From assembly GCA_001791305.1 (NCBI GenBank), contig MGEI01000003.1:112872-176871 (forward strand): 64,000 nt of DNA. The letters are read 5' to 3'. The stretch comes from Candidatus Uhrbacteria bacterium RIFCSPLOWO2_01_FULL_47_17 (GTDB lineage: Bacteria > Patescibacteriota > Patescibacteriia > UBA9934 > GWF2-40-263). Below are positions 1 through 9,656 of the stretch, piece by piece (position 1 is the stretch's first letter; every line of letters starts with the position of its first letter). A model generated the notes under the pieces. That model ran no database searches. It was not told the DNA's origin and saw nothing but the letters and a program-made list of their open reading frames with translations. The translations under genes were made by a program, and so were the position numbers.

Positions 1-162
1 TTTCAAAATATACTTCAGACCAGCTTGAATTTCAGGACAATATTGGAAAGCGATGTGAAAATGTGGAACATGAGACCTTGGCGCTTCATCACCGTGTAGT
101 ACTAGTCGAGAAACATATTGGAATCTAAACAAAACACCCTCTGCCTAAAACGGCGAGGGTGT

Positions 163-759
163 TTATAATTTTCGTCTGCCTCGGAGCGCATCGCCGAGCG
201 TCACTTCATCTGCAAACTCGAGGGTTGCGCCCATTGGGAGTCCACGTGCGAGGCGTGTCACCTGAACGTGTGGTGACAAAAGTTTTGTGAGATAAAGAAT
301 GGTCGTTTCGCCCTGTGTGGTTGGTGAGAGAGCAAGAATGACTTCCGAGACGCCACCCGCTTGAATGCGTCCGACTAATTCGCGAATACGCAGTGCGTCC
401 GGTGTGATTCCTTCGATTGGACTCAACGTTCCGCCGAGCACATGATAAAACCCACGGTAGAATCCTGTTGCTTCGATTGTCGAAATGTCTCGCGGTTCCT
501 CGACGACACACAGCACAGCTTTATCTCGTCGAGAATCTGCACATTGCTCGCATAACGGTTTTTCTGTATAGGTGAAACATGTTGGACAGGTTTGAATTTT
601 TTCGCCAAGTTCCAAAAGTGCGCGCGCCATCACATGCAAATCTGCTTTTGGCTGCTTCAGCATATAATAAACATAGCGCAGGGCCGTTTTGGGCCCCACG
701 CCAGGTAAACGCGAGAACGCGGCAACAAGATTCGTGATGGGTTCCGGAAATTTTCGCAC
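163..759 (-). CDS. recR: Recombination protein RecR
   Basis: 198 aa. N-terminal HhH motif (LPGVGPKTALR), C4 zinc finger (CPTCFTYTEKPLCEQC) and Toprim-like C-terminus. Conserved recR-ybaB arrangement. Confidence 0.9.
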   Translation of the reverse strand: MRKFPEPITNLVAAFSRLPGVGPKTALRYVYYMLKQPKADLHVMARALLELGEKIQTCPTCFTYTEKPLCEQCADSRRDKAVLCVVEEPRDISTIEATGFYRGFYHVLGGTLSPIEGITPDALRIRELVGRIQAGGVSEVILALSPTTQGETTILYLTKLLSPHVQVTRLARGLPMGATLEFADEVTLGDALRGRRKL

Positions 760-760
760 A

Positions 761-1060
761 TTAGCCGCCGAGATTTTTTAACATGTCGAGTCCTCCCATT
801 TCTTGTACTTTCTTTGCGAGCTTGAATTGCATTTTTTTAATCGCGTCTTTGTGTGCTTCACAAAGCGCGTCTTGAAGTTTTGAAAGATCCGACGTCATGG
901 ATGGATCAATGGCACATCCAATCATGTCGCGATTTCCATTTACCGTGACTTTGACTTTACCCCAAGCTGCTTCGCCTTCTGAAACAACCGTCGCAAGTTC
1001 GGCTTCCATGTGTTTCGCCTGGTCCTTCATGTCTTTGAATTGTTTGAGTTTGGAGAACAT
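761..1060 (-). CDS. ybaB: Nucleoid-associated protein YbaB/EbfC
   Basis: 99 aa, typical YbaB/EbfC family sequence (MFSKLKQFKDMKDQAKHME...), immediately upstream of recR. Confidence 0.85.
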   Translation of the reverse strand: MFSKLKQFKDMKDQAKHMEAELATVVSEGEAAWGKVKVTVNGNRDMIGCAIDPSMTSDLSKLQDALCEAHKDAIKKMQFKLAKKVQEMGGLDMLKNLGG

Positions 1061-1104
1061 AATTTTATTATGGGTGGGGTCCCCAGACCCCGCGATATTA
1101 GAGA

Positions 1105-1132
1105 GGGAACCAAGGCTAAAGCCTCAGGTTAC
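1105..1132 (+). repeat. Conserved intergenic hairpin motif, copy 1 (GGGAACCAAGGCTAAAGCCTCAGGTTAC)
   Basis: The 28 nt motif sits 8 nt after the dnaB stop (other strand), between dnaB and ybaB. A GGGGTC-ccca-GACCCC hairpin lies adjacent at about 1076-1091. Confidence 0.8.
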
Positions 1133-1139
1133 GGGAATT

Positions 1140-2660
1140 CTACCGCGCTCCTGGATTTGCATCAATTGGTGGGGGAGCCATTACGGCTGTTCCGCCGCCA
1201 GGTTGTCCGAGTGGGGCGTGAGCGGGTTTGTTTTGTGCGGTTGCGTACGGAGCGAATCCGTTGTTGTTTGAAGAGCCTGATCCGCCTCCGCCTGTATAGC
1301 TTCCTGCATGTCCATCTAAATTGCGAAAAGACGCGCGCTCTTTTTCGAAGAACAATCGAATCATGCCTGTTGGGCCATTACGATGTTTTGCAATGTGGAT
1401 TTCTGCGATGTTTTTGTCTTCCGGCGCCAAGTCTTCTTCGCGGAAGTTTTTATCCGCGGCTTTTCGGTAAATAAACAAAACGACGTCGGCGTCCTGCTCG
1501 ATAGAACCTGAATCACGAAGGTGAGATAGTTTTGGAATCGCAGGCTTCGTCAACTCGACAGCACGCGACAACTGAGCGAGGGCAAGAACAGGAACATCCA
1601 ACTCTTTGGCGATCTGTTTTAAACCGCGAGAAATTTCCGCAACTTCTTGTACGCGGTTTTCTTGGGATTTTTTTGATCTTCCTTCCATGAGCTGTAAGTA
1701 GTCGACAACAATCATGCCAAGGCCATGTTCTGTTTTAAGTCGACGTGCTTTTGTACGAAGCTGCATGATGTTCAGGTTTGCGCTGTCGTCAATGAAGATT
1801 GGTGCTTCTGAGAGTTTACCAAGCGCGTCTGCGATTTTTGGAAAATCGTCGGCTTTGTCCGAGAGTCGTCCGGTTCGAAGTTTCCACAAATCAACATTCG
1901 CCTGCGCACAAATCATACGGTCAACGAGTTGCTCTTTACTCATTTCGAGGGAAAAGAATGCGGTCGGTACTTTCATGTTCACGCCAATGTGACGCGCCAT
2001 GTCGAGTGCAAGCGCGGTTTTTCCGCACGATGGACGTGCAGCAAGAATGATGAGATCGGACTTTTGAAATCCGGCAAGGATTTGATCGAGCGCTGTATAT
2101 CCGGTTGCAACGCCGCGTAACTTGCCGCGATCGCGATGCAATTCATCGATACGCTCAAAGGCACCGTCGAGAACGCTGCGAATAGAGACGAATGTATTTT
2201 TGTTATATTTTTCCGAAACGTGAAAAAGTGCGCGTTCTGCTTCGTCTAATGTCGAATCAATTTCTTCTTCCTCTTCAAATCCCATTTGTGAAATGTTTGT
2301 GGCGGCCGTAATCAGTCGTCGAAGCGTTGCTTTTTTTTGCACAATCTCCGCGTAGTGCGTGACGTTTGCGGCGGTCGGAACCATGTTTGAGAGTTCGACG
2401 AGGTAGGCGCGTCCGCCCACTTGTGTGAGCTGACCTTTTTCTTCGAGGCGGTTTCCAAGCGAAAGAATATCGATCGGATCGTGTCTCTCGAATAGGTCCG
2501 TAATGGTTTCATACACCCATTGGTGTGCGGGACGATAAAAGTCATCGCCTTGCAAACGATCTGCAACTTTGACAATTGCATCTTTGTCAATCAAAAGAGA
2601 CCCGAGCAAGGATTGCTCTGCCTCCAGGTTTTGTGGGGGAATGCGCTCATGGGTTGCCAT
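1140..2660 (-). CDS. dnaB: Replicative DNA helicase DnaB, with a Gly/Pro-rich C-terminal extension of about 50 aa
   Basis: 506 aa. DnaB N-terminal domain (IPPQNLEAEQSLLGSLL), Walker A (GARPSCGKTALAL), Walker B (IVVDYLQLM) and RecA-like C-terminus, followed by a ...GGGGSGSSNNNGF... tail. Confidence 0.9.
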   Translation of the reverse strand: MATHERIPPQNLEAEQSLLGSLLIDKDAIVKVADRLQGDDFYRPAHQWVYETITDLFERHDPIDILSLGNRLEEKGQLTQVGGRAYLVELSNMVPTAANVTHYAEIVQKKATLRRLITAATNISQMGFEEEEEIDSTLDEAERALFHVSEKYNKNTFVSIRSVLDGAFERIDELHRDRGKLRGVATGYTALDQILAGFQKSDLIILAARPSCGKTALALDMARHIGVNMKVPTAFFSLEMSKEQLVDRMICAQANVDLWKLRTGRLSDKADDFPKIADALGKLSEAPIFIDDSANLNIMQLRTKARRLKTEHGLGMIVVDYLQLMEGRSKKSQENRVQEVAEISRGLKQIAKELDVPVLALAQLSRAVELTKPAIPKLSHLRDSGSIEQDADVVLFIYRKAADKNFREEDLAPEDKNIAEIHIAKHRNGPTGMIRLFFEKERASFRNLDGHAGSYTGGGGSGSSNNNGFAPYATAQNKPAHAPLGQPGGGTAVMAPPPIDANPGAR

Positions 2661-2737
2661 AGATTTGGGTATCTTAGCACGCTTCTCATACGAGACAAGA
2701 GGACAACCTGTGTTATAATTGTGGAGAAAAATACTCT

Positions 2738-3886
2738 ATGATTCACCCAGATTTTAAATTTTTGCGTGCTGTTTTCATGATGGTTGGCGGAATTGTTGGA
2801 GTTGGTGTGTTTGGGCTTCCATTTGCCTTTGCACAAAGCGGTTTTGTGATTGGACTTGTCGAATTATTGGTGATCGGACTTATTCTGCTCATGGTGCAAT
2901 TCATGTATGCTGAGCTCGCGCTTCAAACGGAAGGCTCACACCGACTTGTTGGATATGTTGAAATTTATCTTGGAAAAAAATGGTCTTGGCTCTGTATGGC
3001 TGCTCTGTCTGCAAGTATTTGGGGAGCCATGCTTGCCTACATGATTATTGGAGGAAAGTTTTTGTTTCTCATTTTGTCGCCTGTTTTTGGGGGGACAACA
3101 ACGGGGTATGCATATGTTGTTGGTCTCATTGCCGCCTGTTTGATTTATCGTGGATTGCAGTTTGCCTCTAAACTCGAGGTGTTTGTGATGCTTGCACTCC
3201 TCTTTTTGTTTATTTTCATCATTGCTCTATCCATTCCATACATTCAACCAAGCAACCTCACCGCTTTTGATTCGACAAAGTGGTTTTTACCCTACGGTAT
3301 TATTCTCTTTGCTCTCTCATCCACAGGAATCGTTCCCGAAATGCGGGATGTTCTTGGTTTGCGCGCAAAGAAACAACTAGGCAAAGCCGTTCTTCTTGGA
3401 ATGACCACCGTTATCTTGCTGTACTCACTCTTTGCTTTTGCGATTGTGGGTGTGACAGGAACCGCAACAACCGGCGCAGCGTTTGATGGTCTTGTCCCAA
3501 TTTTTGGGTCATCCTTTCGAGTGATTGCATCTCTGCTTGGTCTCACAACGATCCTGTCCATCTTCATGCTTCTTGGCATTGTGCTTCAAAATACCTTGAA
3601 GTTTGATTTGCGCTTAGCTCGCCCTGTCGCGTTTTTGCTTACGGTCACGGTGCCGTTTCTCTTTTTTGCGATCGGTGTCCGTGAGTTCGTGGAGCTTATT
3701 GGATTTATTGGATCTGTGTTCGGAGGCATGCTAGGGATTTTTATTGTGCTTTGTTATCTCAAACTGAAACGTGAACCTTTGTGCAAGGAGCATCATTGTC
3801 TCAATCTGCCCGATCTTTTTTCTTGGCTCGCCGTCCTCTTTTTTCTGGGTGGATTGATTTTCACTTTGTATCAATTTTTGGTATAA
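2738..3886 (+). CDS. Amino acid permease, HAAAP/aromatic amino acid transporter-like polytopic membrane protein
   Basis: 382 aa and highly hydrophobic with about 11 predicted TM segments. N-terminal VGGIVGVGVFGLPFAFAQSGF is typical of Mtr/TyrP/SdaC-type permeases. SD-like GGAGAAA lies upstream. Confidence 0.55.
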   Translation: MIHPDFKFLRAVFMMVGGIVGVGVFGLPFAFAQSGFVIGLVELLVIGLILLMVQFMYAELALQTEGSHRLVGYVEIYLGKKWSWLCMAALSASIWGAMLAYMIIGGKFLFLILSPVFGGTTTGYAYVVGLIAACLIYRGLQFASKLEVFVMLALLFLFIFIIALSIPYIQPSNLTAFDSTKWFLPYGIILFALSSTGIVPEMRDVLGLRAKKQLGKAVLLGMTTVILLYSLFAFAIVGVTGTATTGAAFDGLVPIFGSSFRVIASLLGLTTILSIFMLLGIVLQNTLKFDLRLARPVAFLLTVTVPFLFFAIGVREFVELIGFIGSVFGGMLGIFIVLCYLKLKREPLCKEHHCLNLPDLFSWLAVLFFLGGLIFTLYQFLV

Positions 3887-3895
3887 TCTTTTTAT

Positions 3896-4300
3896 ATGGA
3901 TTTATTGAAACGTTATTTTACAAAAAGATACTTTCTGTTTTTTCTTTTGTTATTTCTTGTTTGGTATCCTGGCTCGTTTCTTTTCTATGTTGCATACGGA
4001 GTCACTCAAAGTGGAGTTCTCTATGTTGCCTTAAACGCCTATTTTCCTCTCCTCATTTTTTTGTGCTCCTTTTTGTATTTCCGCAAAAGCATCAACGACT
4101 GGAATGATCGATTTGCCGTTGCGTTCGGTTGGATTATTCTCACATTTCTCATCTCGGCTTTGCTTGTAAAACCCATGTACGGATTTGATTGGACATCCAT
4201 CATCAACATCTCGCAAATTCAAGCGAACTGGAGTCCGTTTCTGGCAGTGCTTCTTTCGGGAATGTTGGTAAGTGCTTTGAATGCACGAAGAAAAAAATAG
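3896..4300 (+). CDS. Hypothetical small integral membrane protein
   Basis: 134 aa with about 4 hydrophobic helices and no recognisable family. Confidence 0.4.
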   Translation: MDLLKRYFTKRYFLFFLLLFLVWYPGSFLFYVAYGVTQSGVLYVALNAYFPLLIFLCSFLYFRKSINDWNDRFAVAFGWIILTFLISALLVKPMYGFDWTSIINISQIQANWSPFLAVLLSGMLVSALNARRKK

Positions 4301-4304
4301 ATTT

Positions 4305-4334
4305 AAAAAAGAACTCCTCAAGGAGTTCTTTTTT
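4305..4334. terminator. Bidirectional rho-independent terminator (A6-GAACTC-loop-GAGTTC-T6) shared by the small membrane gene (+) and folD (-)
   Basis: Perfect stem flanked by A and T runs. Overlaps the folD stop codon. Confidence 0.7.
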
Positions 4335-5196
4335 GTTTTCCGTATGCGTTTAGGACATTCAGGAGGAGCACAGCAACCGTCATCGGGCCAACACCACCAG
4401 GAACAGGGGAGAGGGCGCCCGCGAGATCCTCGACAGACGCGCGATTAATATCCCCAACGAGTTTACCGTCAACTTTGGTTGTGCCGACATCAATGAGGAT
4501 CGCGCCCGGCTTGATCATGGAGCCTTCGATCAGGTTTGGTTTTCCGAGTGCCACAATCAGAATATCCGCCTCAGATATTTTTTCTTTGAACGAAGCATCA
4601 TAAGGACGAACAACCTCTGACGAAATTTGTTGTTCATGCAAAAGAATCGTGAGTGGATCGGCGAAGAAGTTGCTTGCAACGATCACCGCACGCAATCCCC
4701 CCTCCTTTTTGAAGGAGGGTATTAGGGGGTGGTCGTTTCGATCGAGGGCTTTATTGATAAGCTTCAGAATTCCGAGTGCAACGGCAGGCGCAAGTGCTGG
4801 TTTGCCTTTGCGAAGCGCTTCGAGGCTTTTTGGGTGAAACCCATCAACGTCTTTGATTGGATCAATGGCTGCGATTACGCGATCTGCATCTTGATTCGGG
4901 AGTGGAATCTGAACAAGGATGCCATTGATGTCATCTCGTTGGTTGAGCTCTTCGATCTTCGAGATGAGTTCGCTCTCCGAAACATCATTTGAATACAAAA
5001 ATTTTTCAAAGTAAATTCCAACTTCTTCACACGCTTTTTGTTTCAGGTTCACGTAAATGTGTGATGCGGGATCTTCCCCAACTAAAAGAATCGCGAGACC
5101 AGGTTTGTTCTCGAGAGCACTTACACGATTTTTGATTTTGGTTCGAATGGCTGCAGCGTATGCTTTGCCGTCAAGGATCATTGCCATAATGCGCAT
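4318..5196 (-). CDS. folD: Bifunctional methylenetetrahydrofolate dehydrogenase/cyclohydrolase FolD
   Basis: Start set at the in-frame ATG (MRIMAMILDGK), giving 293 aa. Conserved FolD motifs (LVGEDPASHIYVNLK, QIPLP, GALSPVPGGVGPMTVAVLLLN). The longer ORF-track extension has no homology. Confidence 0.85.
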   Translation of the reverse strand: MRIMAMILDGKAYAAAIRTKIKNRVSALENKPGLAILLVGEDPASHIYVNLKQKACEEVGIYFEKFLYSNDVSESELISKIEELNQRDDINGILVQIPLPNQDADRVIAAIDPIKDVDGFHPKSLEALRKGKPALAPAVALGILKLINKALDRNDHPLIPSFKKEGGLRAVIVASNFFADPLTILLHEQQISSEVVRPYDASFKEKISEADILIVALGKPNLIEGSMIKPGAILIDVGTTKVDGKLVGDINRASVEDLAGALSPVPGGVGPMTVAVLLLNVLNAYGKQKRTP

Positions 5197-5211
5197 AGGA
5201 TAGCGGAAAAG

Positions 5212-5236
5212 AAAAAAACCGTCGAGATGACGGTTT
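5212..5236 (-). terminator. Terminator for the IMPase gene (AAACCGTC-gagat-GACGGTTT plus T-run on the minus strand)
   Basis: 8 bp stem followed by a U-run in the minus-strand transcript. Overlaps the stop codon. Confidence 0.65.
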
Positions 5237-6161
5237 AGGATTCGATGCGGAGGCCCTCGCTTGCACACCAGGCGGCGAGTTCGGGAAGGTGGTTCTCGTG
5301 AATGACGAGCATGTCCGTACCAGTGCGATACGTGTGTTGCACCGTCTTCATGGTTTGAAAAATGAGCGCGGGAGTCGAGTCCGACAGAGAAACGGGGGTA
5401 ATCGCGAGGAAGCGAAAGCCCAAACGGTTTGCGAGCCCAATCACAGGGCAAGTGTCCCACGGCGTCTGTTTGCCCGGGCGAAGAATCGCCGCACCAACTT
5501 CTCCCTTCCAGAGGCGCGCCATTGAAAGACCAATCGATCCTTCCGCGGTGTGGTGCTTCTTGAAAAGGGGGTGTGGCCTGAGCTGAAGCAATCGTCTCGT
5601 CACCTCATCGTGTTCCTCGACCGGATCTCGAATCAGCACGTACTGATCGATCAGTGGCAGATTCCGGGGAATCTTGTTCAACAAGCGAGGCTTGTTGTTC
5701 GGCGACAGATGATGCGTTTTCTTCGACCCAGGACGGAAGTAATACACTTCCTTCGTCATGACGTCTTCAATGCACACGGCAATCACATGGTCACCGTCCA
5801 TGAGGGCAAGCATCACGCTGATGCCGCCTGAATGGTAGTGAACAAATGCGCGCGTTCCATCGATCGGATCACCTGTAAAGCGGAGTGTCTCCGTCGGCTT
5901 CTTTGCCGGAATGGACAATCCTCCTTCTTCGGCGATGATGCCGAAAGTGGGGAAGCGTTCGAGCAGGAGACGTTTCATTACGCCTTGAACTTGGACATCG
6001 ATGTCCGTCACCCAATCAATTTTGCCATCATCCTTGATGCCTTTGTGCTTGGCTTTGAACGAGAATCGTTTGCGCTGCACATGGTCAGCAAGGCGTGATA
6101 CAACATCACGCATGAGGACACCGATCGCTGCTTCTGTTAGGCTGCCATAGGTTCTTTGCAT
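5235..6161 (-). CDS. Inositol monophosphatase family protein (SuhB/CysQ-like)
   Basis: Start at MQRTYGS, giving 309 aa. IMPase signature motifs WVTDIDVQ and FTGDPIDGTRAF...HYH. Confidence 0.75.
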   Translation of the reverse strand: MQRTYGSLTEAAIGVLMRDVVSRLADHVQRKRFSFKAKHKGIKDDGKIDWVTDIDVQVQGVMKRLLLERFPTFGIIAEEGGLSIPAKKPTETLRFTGDPIDGTRAFVHYHSGGISVMLALMDGDHVIAVCIEDVMTKEVYYFRPGSKKTHHLSPNNKPRLLNKIPRNLPLIDQYVLIRDPVEEHDEVTRRLLQLRPHPLFKKHHTAEGSIGLSMARLWKGEVGAAILRPGKQTPWDTCPVIGLANRLGFRFLAITPVSLSDSTPALIFQTMKTVQHTYRTGTDMLVIHENHLPELAAWCASEGLRIES

Positions 6162-6257
6162 GGAGAGAACTCCTTGTCGCGGTTTGATATGCGACACAGA
6201 AGAATACTCTCTATAACCAAAATTGTCAATAAAAAACCACATGAGTCGTTCATGTGG

Positions 6258-6878
6258 CTAGGGTCGTTTCGTGGGGCGCAATCGGTAGCGCTCCGTTCCG
6301 CTTGTCATCTTTGCGTTCACAACAAGCATCACGGTCGGTTCGGTTGGTTTCTCATCAAACACGATGGCACCACCTGTACAGAGGCGAACAATGTGTTCGA
6401 GGGCGTGTGCCTCTTTTTTGAATTCCTTCCCGCCAATTTCGCAAAGAAGCCAAAAACGAATGCTCTCCCAAAGCTGATTCCACAAGTTGATGGGAAGATC
6501 ATTGCGAAAACGGTTTCCAAAACTGAGCCGAAGATCAAACGTGAGGTTGATGTTTTTCATCGGGTCTACAGAGTTTCGCAATCTCTGGTAGAGTCGCACG
6601 CGTGTTCGCGAAATGAAATTGGAATTGTGTTGGGATGTCACAAGATGTTTTGGAATGCCTGATTCGGCAACACCCTCAACACCAACACACGGACGATTTG
6701 TCAGAAATGCAATATGGGTCTGAATTCCTTGCGGAAGTTCTGGATTGAACCCGTACAAAAATTGATCTCGCTCACACATGCAAAACAACGGCTCGAGAAT
6801 TTTCATGATTTCTTGCGTGCGCTGTTCGGTTGTGTAGCGGCTCATCGCCTCGCGCAGCGTTGATCTCCGTACTTCCAT
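6258..6878 (-). CDS. Hypothetical protein
   Basis: 207 aa starting at MEVRRS, which has a perfect SD (AGGAGG) 7 nt upstream. Putative sigma70-like promoter (TTGACA-17-TACAAC) upstream. No family recognised. Confidence 0.45.
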   Translation of the reverse strand: MEVRRSTLREAMSRYTTEQRTQEIMKILEPLFCMCERDQFLYGFNPELPQGIQTHIAFLTNRPCVGVEGVAESGIPKHLVTSQHNSNFISRTRVRLYQRLRNSVDPMKNINLTFDLRLSFGNRFRNDLPINLWNQLWESIRFWLLCEIGGKEFKKEAHALEHIVRLCTGGAIVFDEKPTEPTVMLVVNAKMTSGTERYRLRPTKRP

Positions 6879-6944
6879 GGAAGGTCCTCCTCTCGTCTGA
6901 GGTGGATTGGTTGTACGGGAAAAAGCTGATATTGTCAATTCTAA

Positions 6945-6981
6945 AACCACCCTTCGCGTAAAGCTATGGGTGGTTCTTTTC
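6945..6981 (-). terminator. Terminator for glyA (AACCACCC ... GGGTGGTT plus T-run on the minus strand)
   Basis: 8 bp stem with a 15 nt loop, and a U4 run in the minus-strand transcript. Confidence 0.55.
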
Positions 6982-8225
6982 TATTCGTATGCAAGTTCCG
7001 GATAAAGAGGGAATCGCTTTGTCATCTCTTTGACCTCTGTTCGGAGTTTCTCGAGATGTGCTTCGTTCGCACGATGCTCAATCGCCTCGTCGATCCATGT
7101 TGCGATCTGCTTCATCTCGACTTCTTTCATCCCACGTGAGGTGATCGCAGGAGTTCCAAGTCGGATTCCTGATGGATCGAATGGGGAACGCGGATCATCC
7201 GGAATCATATTTTTGTTGACGGTGATGAGGACGGCGTCGAGGGCCTTCTCTGCTTCTCCTCCTGTGACGCCTTTCGAGGAAACATCGATGAGGAGCAAAT
7301 GGTTGTCTGTTCCGCCGAACATCAAGCGATATCCTCTTGAGCTCAATTCTTGTTCAAGGACTTTTGCGTTCAAGCGAATTTGTTTTGAGTAGGTTTTAAA
7401 TTCAGGTTGAAGGGCTTCGAGAAATGCAACCGCCTTTGCGGCAATCACATTCTCATGCGGACCACCTTGCAAACCGGGGAACACAGCTTTGTCGATCGCC
7501 TTCGCGTGCATCGCTTTGCACATGATCATTCCGCCACGAGGTCCTCGCAACGTTTTATGTGTTGTGGTTGTGACAATGTCGAACAAGGGAACGGGATTGT
7601 TCATCTCGCCACCCGCGATGAGACCTGCGATGTGGGCGATGTCTGCCATTGTGAGCGCGCCGACTTCGTCTGCGATCGCTTTGATGCGCGCGTAATCGAT
7701 TTCGCGAGAGTACGCCGAGTAGCCGACGAGGATGAGCTTTGGCTTGTGCTCGCGCGCCATGCGTTCGATCTCTTCGTAATCGATTAGTCCCTCAGCTGTT
7801 GTTTTGTAGCGAATGAAGTTGTAGATCTTAGCCGAGAATGTGACGGGGTGTCCGTGTGTAAGATGTCCGCCGTGTGACAGATCCATGCCGAGGACTGTGT
7901 CACCAGGCGAGAGTACGGCCGAGTATGCAGCGAGGTTTGCAGGCGCTCCGGAGAGTGGTTGAACGTTTACATGTTCCGCACCAAAAAGTTGCTTTGCGCG
8001 ATCGATCGCGAGCTGTTCGATGACATCAATTTCCTGACAGCCGCCATAGTAGCGTTTGCCGGGCTGTCCCTCTGCATATTTGTTTGTGGCGACGGATCCG
8101 AGAGCCTCAAGAACCGCCCGAGAAACGAAGTTTTCGGACGGAATCATCTCTAAACCTTCTTCCTCACGAAGAAGTTCTCTTTGTAGGGCATGCGCGACCT
8201 CTGGGTCTTGTTTTGCTATAAACAT
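6981..8225 (-). CDS. glyA: Serine hydroxymethyltransferase
   Basis: Start at [10 protein letters not shown], giving 414 aa. PLP-binding region [14 protein letters not shown] and classic SHMT sequence throughout. The ORF-track N-terminal extension is non-homologous read-through. Confidence 0.9.
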   Translation of the reverse strand: MFIAKQDPEVAHALQRELLREEEGLEMIPSENFVSRAVLEALGSVATNKYAEGQPGKRYYGGCQEIDVIEQLAIDRAKQLFGAEHVNVQPLSGAPANLAAYSAVLSPGDTVLGMDLSHGGHLTHGHPVTFSAKIYNFIRYKTTAEGLIDYEEIERMAREHKPKLILVGYSAYSREIDYARIKAIADEVGALTMADIAHIAGLIAGGEMNNPVPLFDIVTTTTHKTLRGPRGGMIMCKAMHAKAIDKAVFPGLQGGPHENVIAAKAVAFLEALQPEFKTYSKQIRLNAKVLEQELSSRGYRLMFGGTDNHLLLIDVSSKGVTGGEAEKALDAVLITVNKNMIPDDPRSPFDPSGIRLGTPAITSRGMKEVEMKQIATWIDEAIEHRANEAHLEKLRTEVKEMTKRFPLYPELAYE

Positions 8226-8268
8226 AGGAAAGATAATTGTACGCGCATTGTACGCGAGCCGAAACTGG

Positions 8269-8297
8269 TTGACAATCTGACAAAAAATCGCTAGGTT
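8269..8297 (+). promoter_or_regulatory. Putative sigma70-type promoter (TTGACA-17-TAGGTT) for the 418-aa hypothetical gene
   Basis: Consensus -35 with 17 nt spacing to a weak -10, about 35 nt upstream of an SD+ATG. Confidence 0.45.
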
Positions 8298-8332
8298 GAG
8301 GTAACCTCTTTTATGGAGGTGACAGAGGTTCC

Positions 8333-9589
8333 ATGAGCGCACAACGAACGTTGCAGCCCCCAAGTTCGATCGAACGTCCGTTCCTTCGTGGGGCCATTCA
8401 CCAAGTGCATGCACTTGTGGGGTCACGCGATTCCACCAAACTTTCTGAACTGATTGCAACAGATCGTCTGGCAGTAAGTCAGGATGGATTTTACGTTGCG
8501 TCTGTTGAGCAAGTAGACGAGTTGCTTGAACGCGTTGCGCACAACTTTGAGCGCATGTCGTCTCCGCGATTTTATTCCCATGAAAATGGGGAACGCGTAG
8601 AGACACGCATCTTACATGTTGCTGCAGATTATGTACTTGTATGGGGTTTGCCCGTTGGGTCACGTGTCCGTGGTGTCTATGAGTTGAGGGTTTCGCGCCC
8701 GCGCTTGAAACTCGTGCGCCCGTTTGCGCTTTTGCATCGCGTGCATCGCTCTTCGCATGGCATGTTCTTGTTTGGAATCGGAACAGAAGATTCCGGAACA
8801 AATCATGTTTGGACCGAGCATGGCGTCCTGCCAATTGAGGACATTAGAACGGCAACAGCTGTGTCTGATGGAAGTTTCTTGTTTCTGGAACAGATCGATG
8901 GAACATCGTATCGCTACCGTTTTGGAGCGCGAGGGTTCGTTGATTGGTTCCCGGTTCTCCAGGCACAAGGAGAACGTCCTGTGGCACTTGCATACGTACA
9001 AAATCAGTACGTCCTTGCTACACGCACACAAATCGGGTCGCGGTTATGTGTCATTGGCGGAGCGAATACGCTCTCGTTTCCCCTTGAGGAAACATGGTCA
9101 GGAGACATTGAACATCTTTGGGTTTCGCCGGGCGAGCGCTCGCTTGCATGGCTTGTGAGACCCGATCGTTCAAACTCCTCTCACCGCGCGCTTTACGTAA
9201 ACGGCGCGCTCGTTCATGAGGGTGAATTTCACATGGACGACAAGGATCTTGTCTGGGCGCAAACAGGTTCGATGCTTGGCGCTCGAATCCGTACCGAGGA
9301 TGCAAACGGACAAGAAAAACATACGATCGTGACTCCTGAGGTGGAACAAGATTTTCCCTCCGGGACATTTGTCCGTGAGTTCTTGGTTGATTCAGAAGGG
9401 AAGGTTGCGGCAACAGTGACGGATGATGGCGAAAGTTGCTATCCCAAAATTTACAATCGTGATTTTCAAGCGGTTCCCCTTGCCTGGAATTTGACCTGGA
9501 CCCCAGAAAACGGCATCGGATTCAATTCCGTTCTTCCCGAATCCGTGGTTTGCCGCACAACCGACACAACCGAACTTCTCCGACATTAG
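8333..9589 (+). CDS. Hypothetical cytoplasmic protein
   Basis: 418 aa, no signal peptide. Own promoter (TTGACA-17-TAGGTT), SD GGAGGTGA and a rho-independent terminator. Slightly more GC-rich than its neighbours. No family recognised. Confidence 0.5.
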   Translation: MSAQRTLQPPSSIERPFLRGAIHQVHALVGSRDSTKLSELIATDRLAVSQDGFYVASVEQVDELLERVAHNFERMSSPRFYSHENGERVETRILHVAADYVLVWGLPVGSRVRGVYELRVSRPRLKLVRPFALLHRVHRSSHGMFLFGIGTEDSGTNHVWTEHGVLPIEDIRTATAVSDGSFLFLEQIDGTSYRYRFGARGFVDWFPVLQAQGERPVALAYVQNQYVLATRTQIGSRLCVIGGANTLSFPLEETWSGDIEHLWVSPGERSLAWLVRPDRSNSSHRALYVNGALVHEGEFHMDDKDLVWAQTGSMLGARIRTEDANGQEKHTIVTPEVEQDFPSGTFVREFLVDSEGKVAATVTDDGESCYPKIYNRDFQAVPLAWNLTWTPENGIGFNSVLPESVVCRTTDTTELLRH

Positions 9590-9594
9590 CCTCT

Positions 9595-9619
9595 GCACTA
9601 GAAAATCTAGTGCTTTTTT
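9595..9619 (+). terminator. Rho-independent terminator (GCACTAG-aaaat-CTAGTGC-TTTTTT) after the 418-aa hypothetical gene
   Basis: Perfect 7 bp stem plus T6. Confidence 0.75.
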
Positions 9620-9656
9620 GTTACTCTATGCTCACTACGAGTGAATGTATCTCCCT

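Noticed and set aside
1010-2164. Plus-strand ORFs overlapping dnaB and ybaB (for example 1010..1474, 1714..1992, 1799..2050)
   Set aside because: They are antisense to well-supported conserved genes, and there is no independent support for them.
4318-8834. Long N-terminal extensions of the ORF-track entries for folD (380 aa) and glyA (617 aa)
   Set aside because: The homologous proteins start at internal ATGs (MRIMAMILDGK; MFIAKQDP). The upstream extension is R/H-rich read-through of intergenic sequence with no homology, and a promoter or terminator for neighbouring genes lies inside it.
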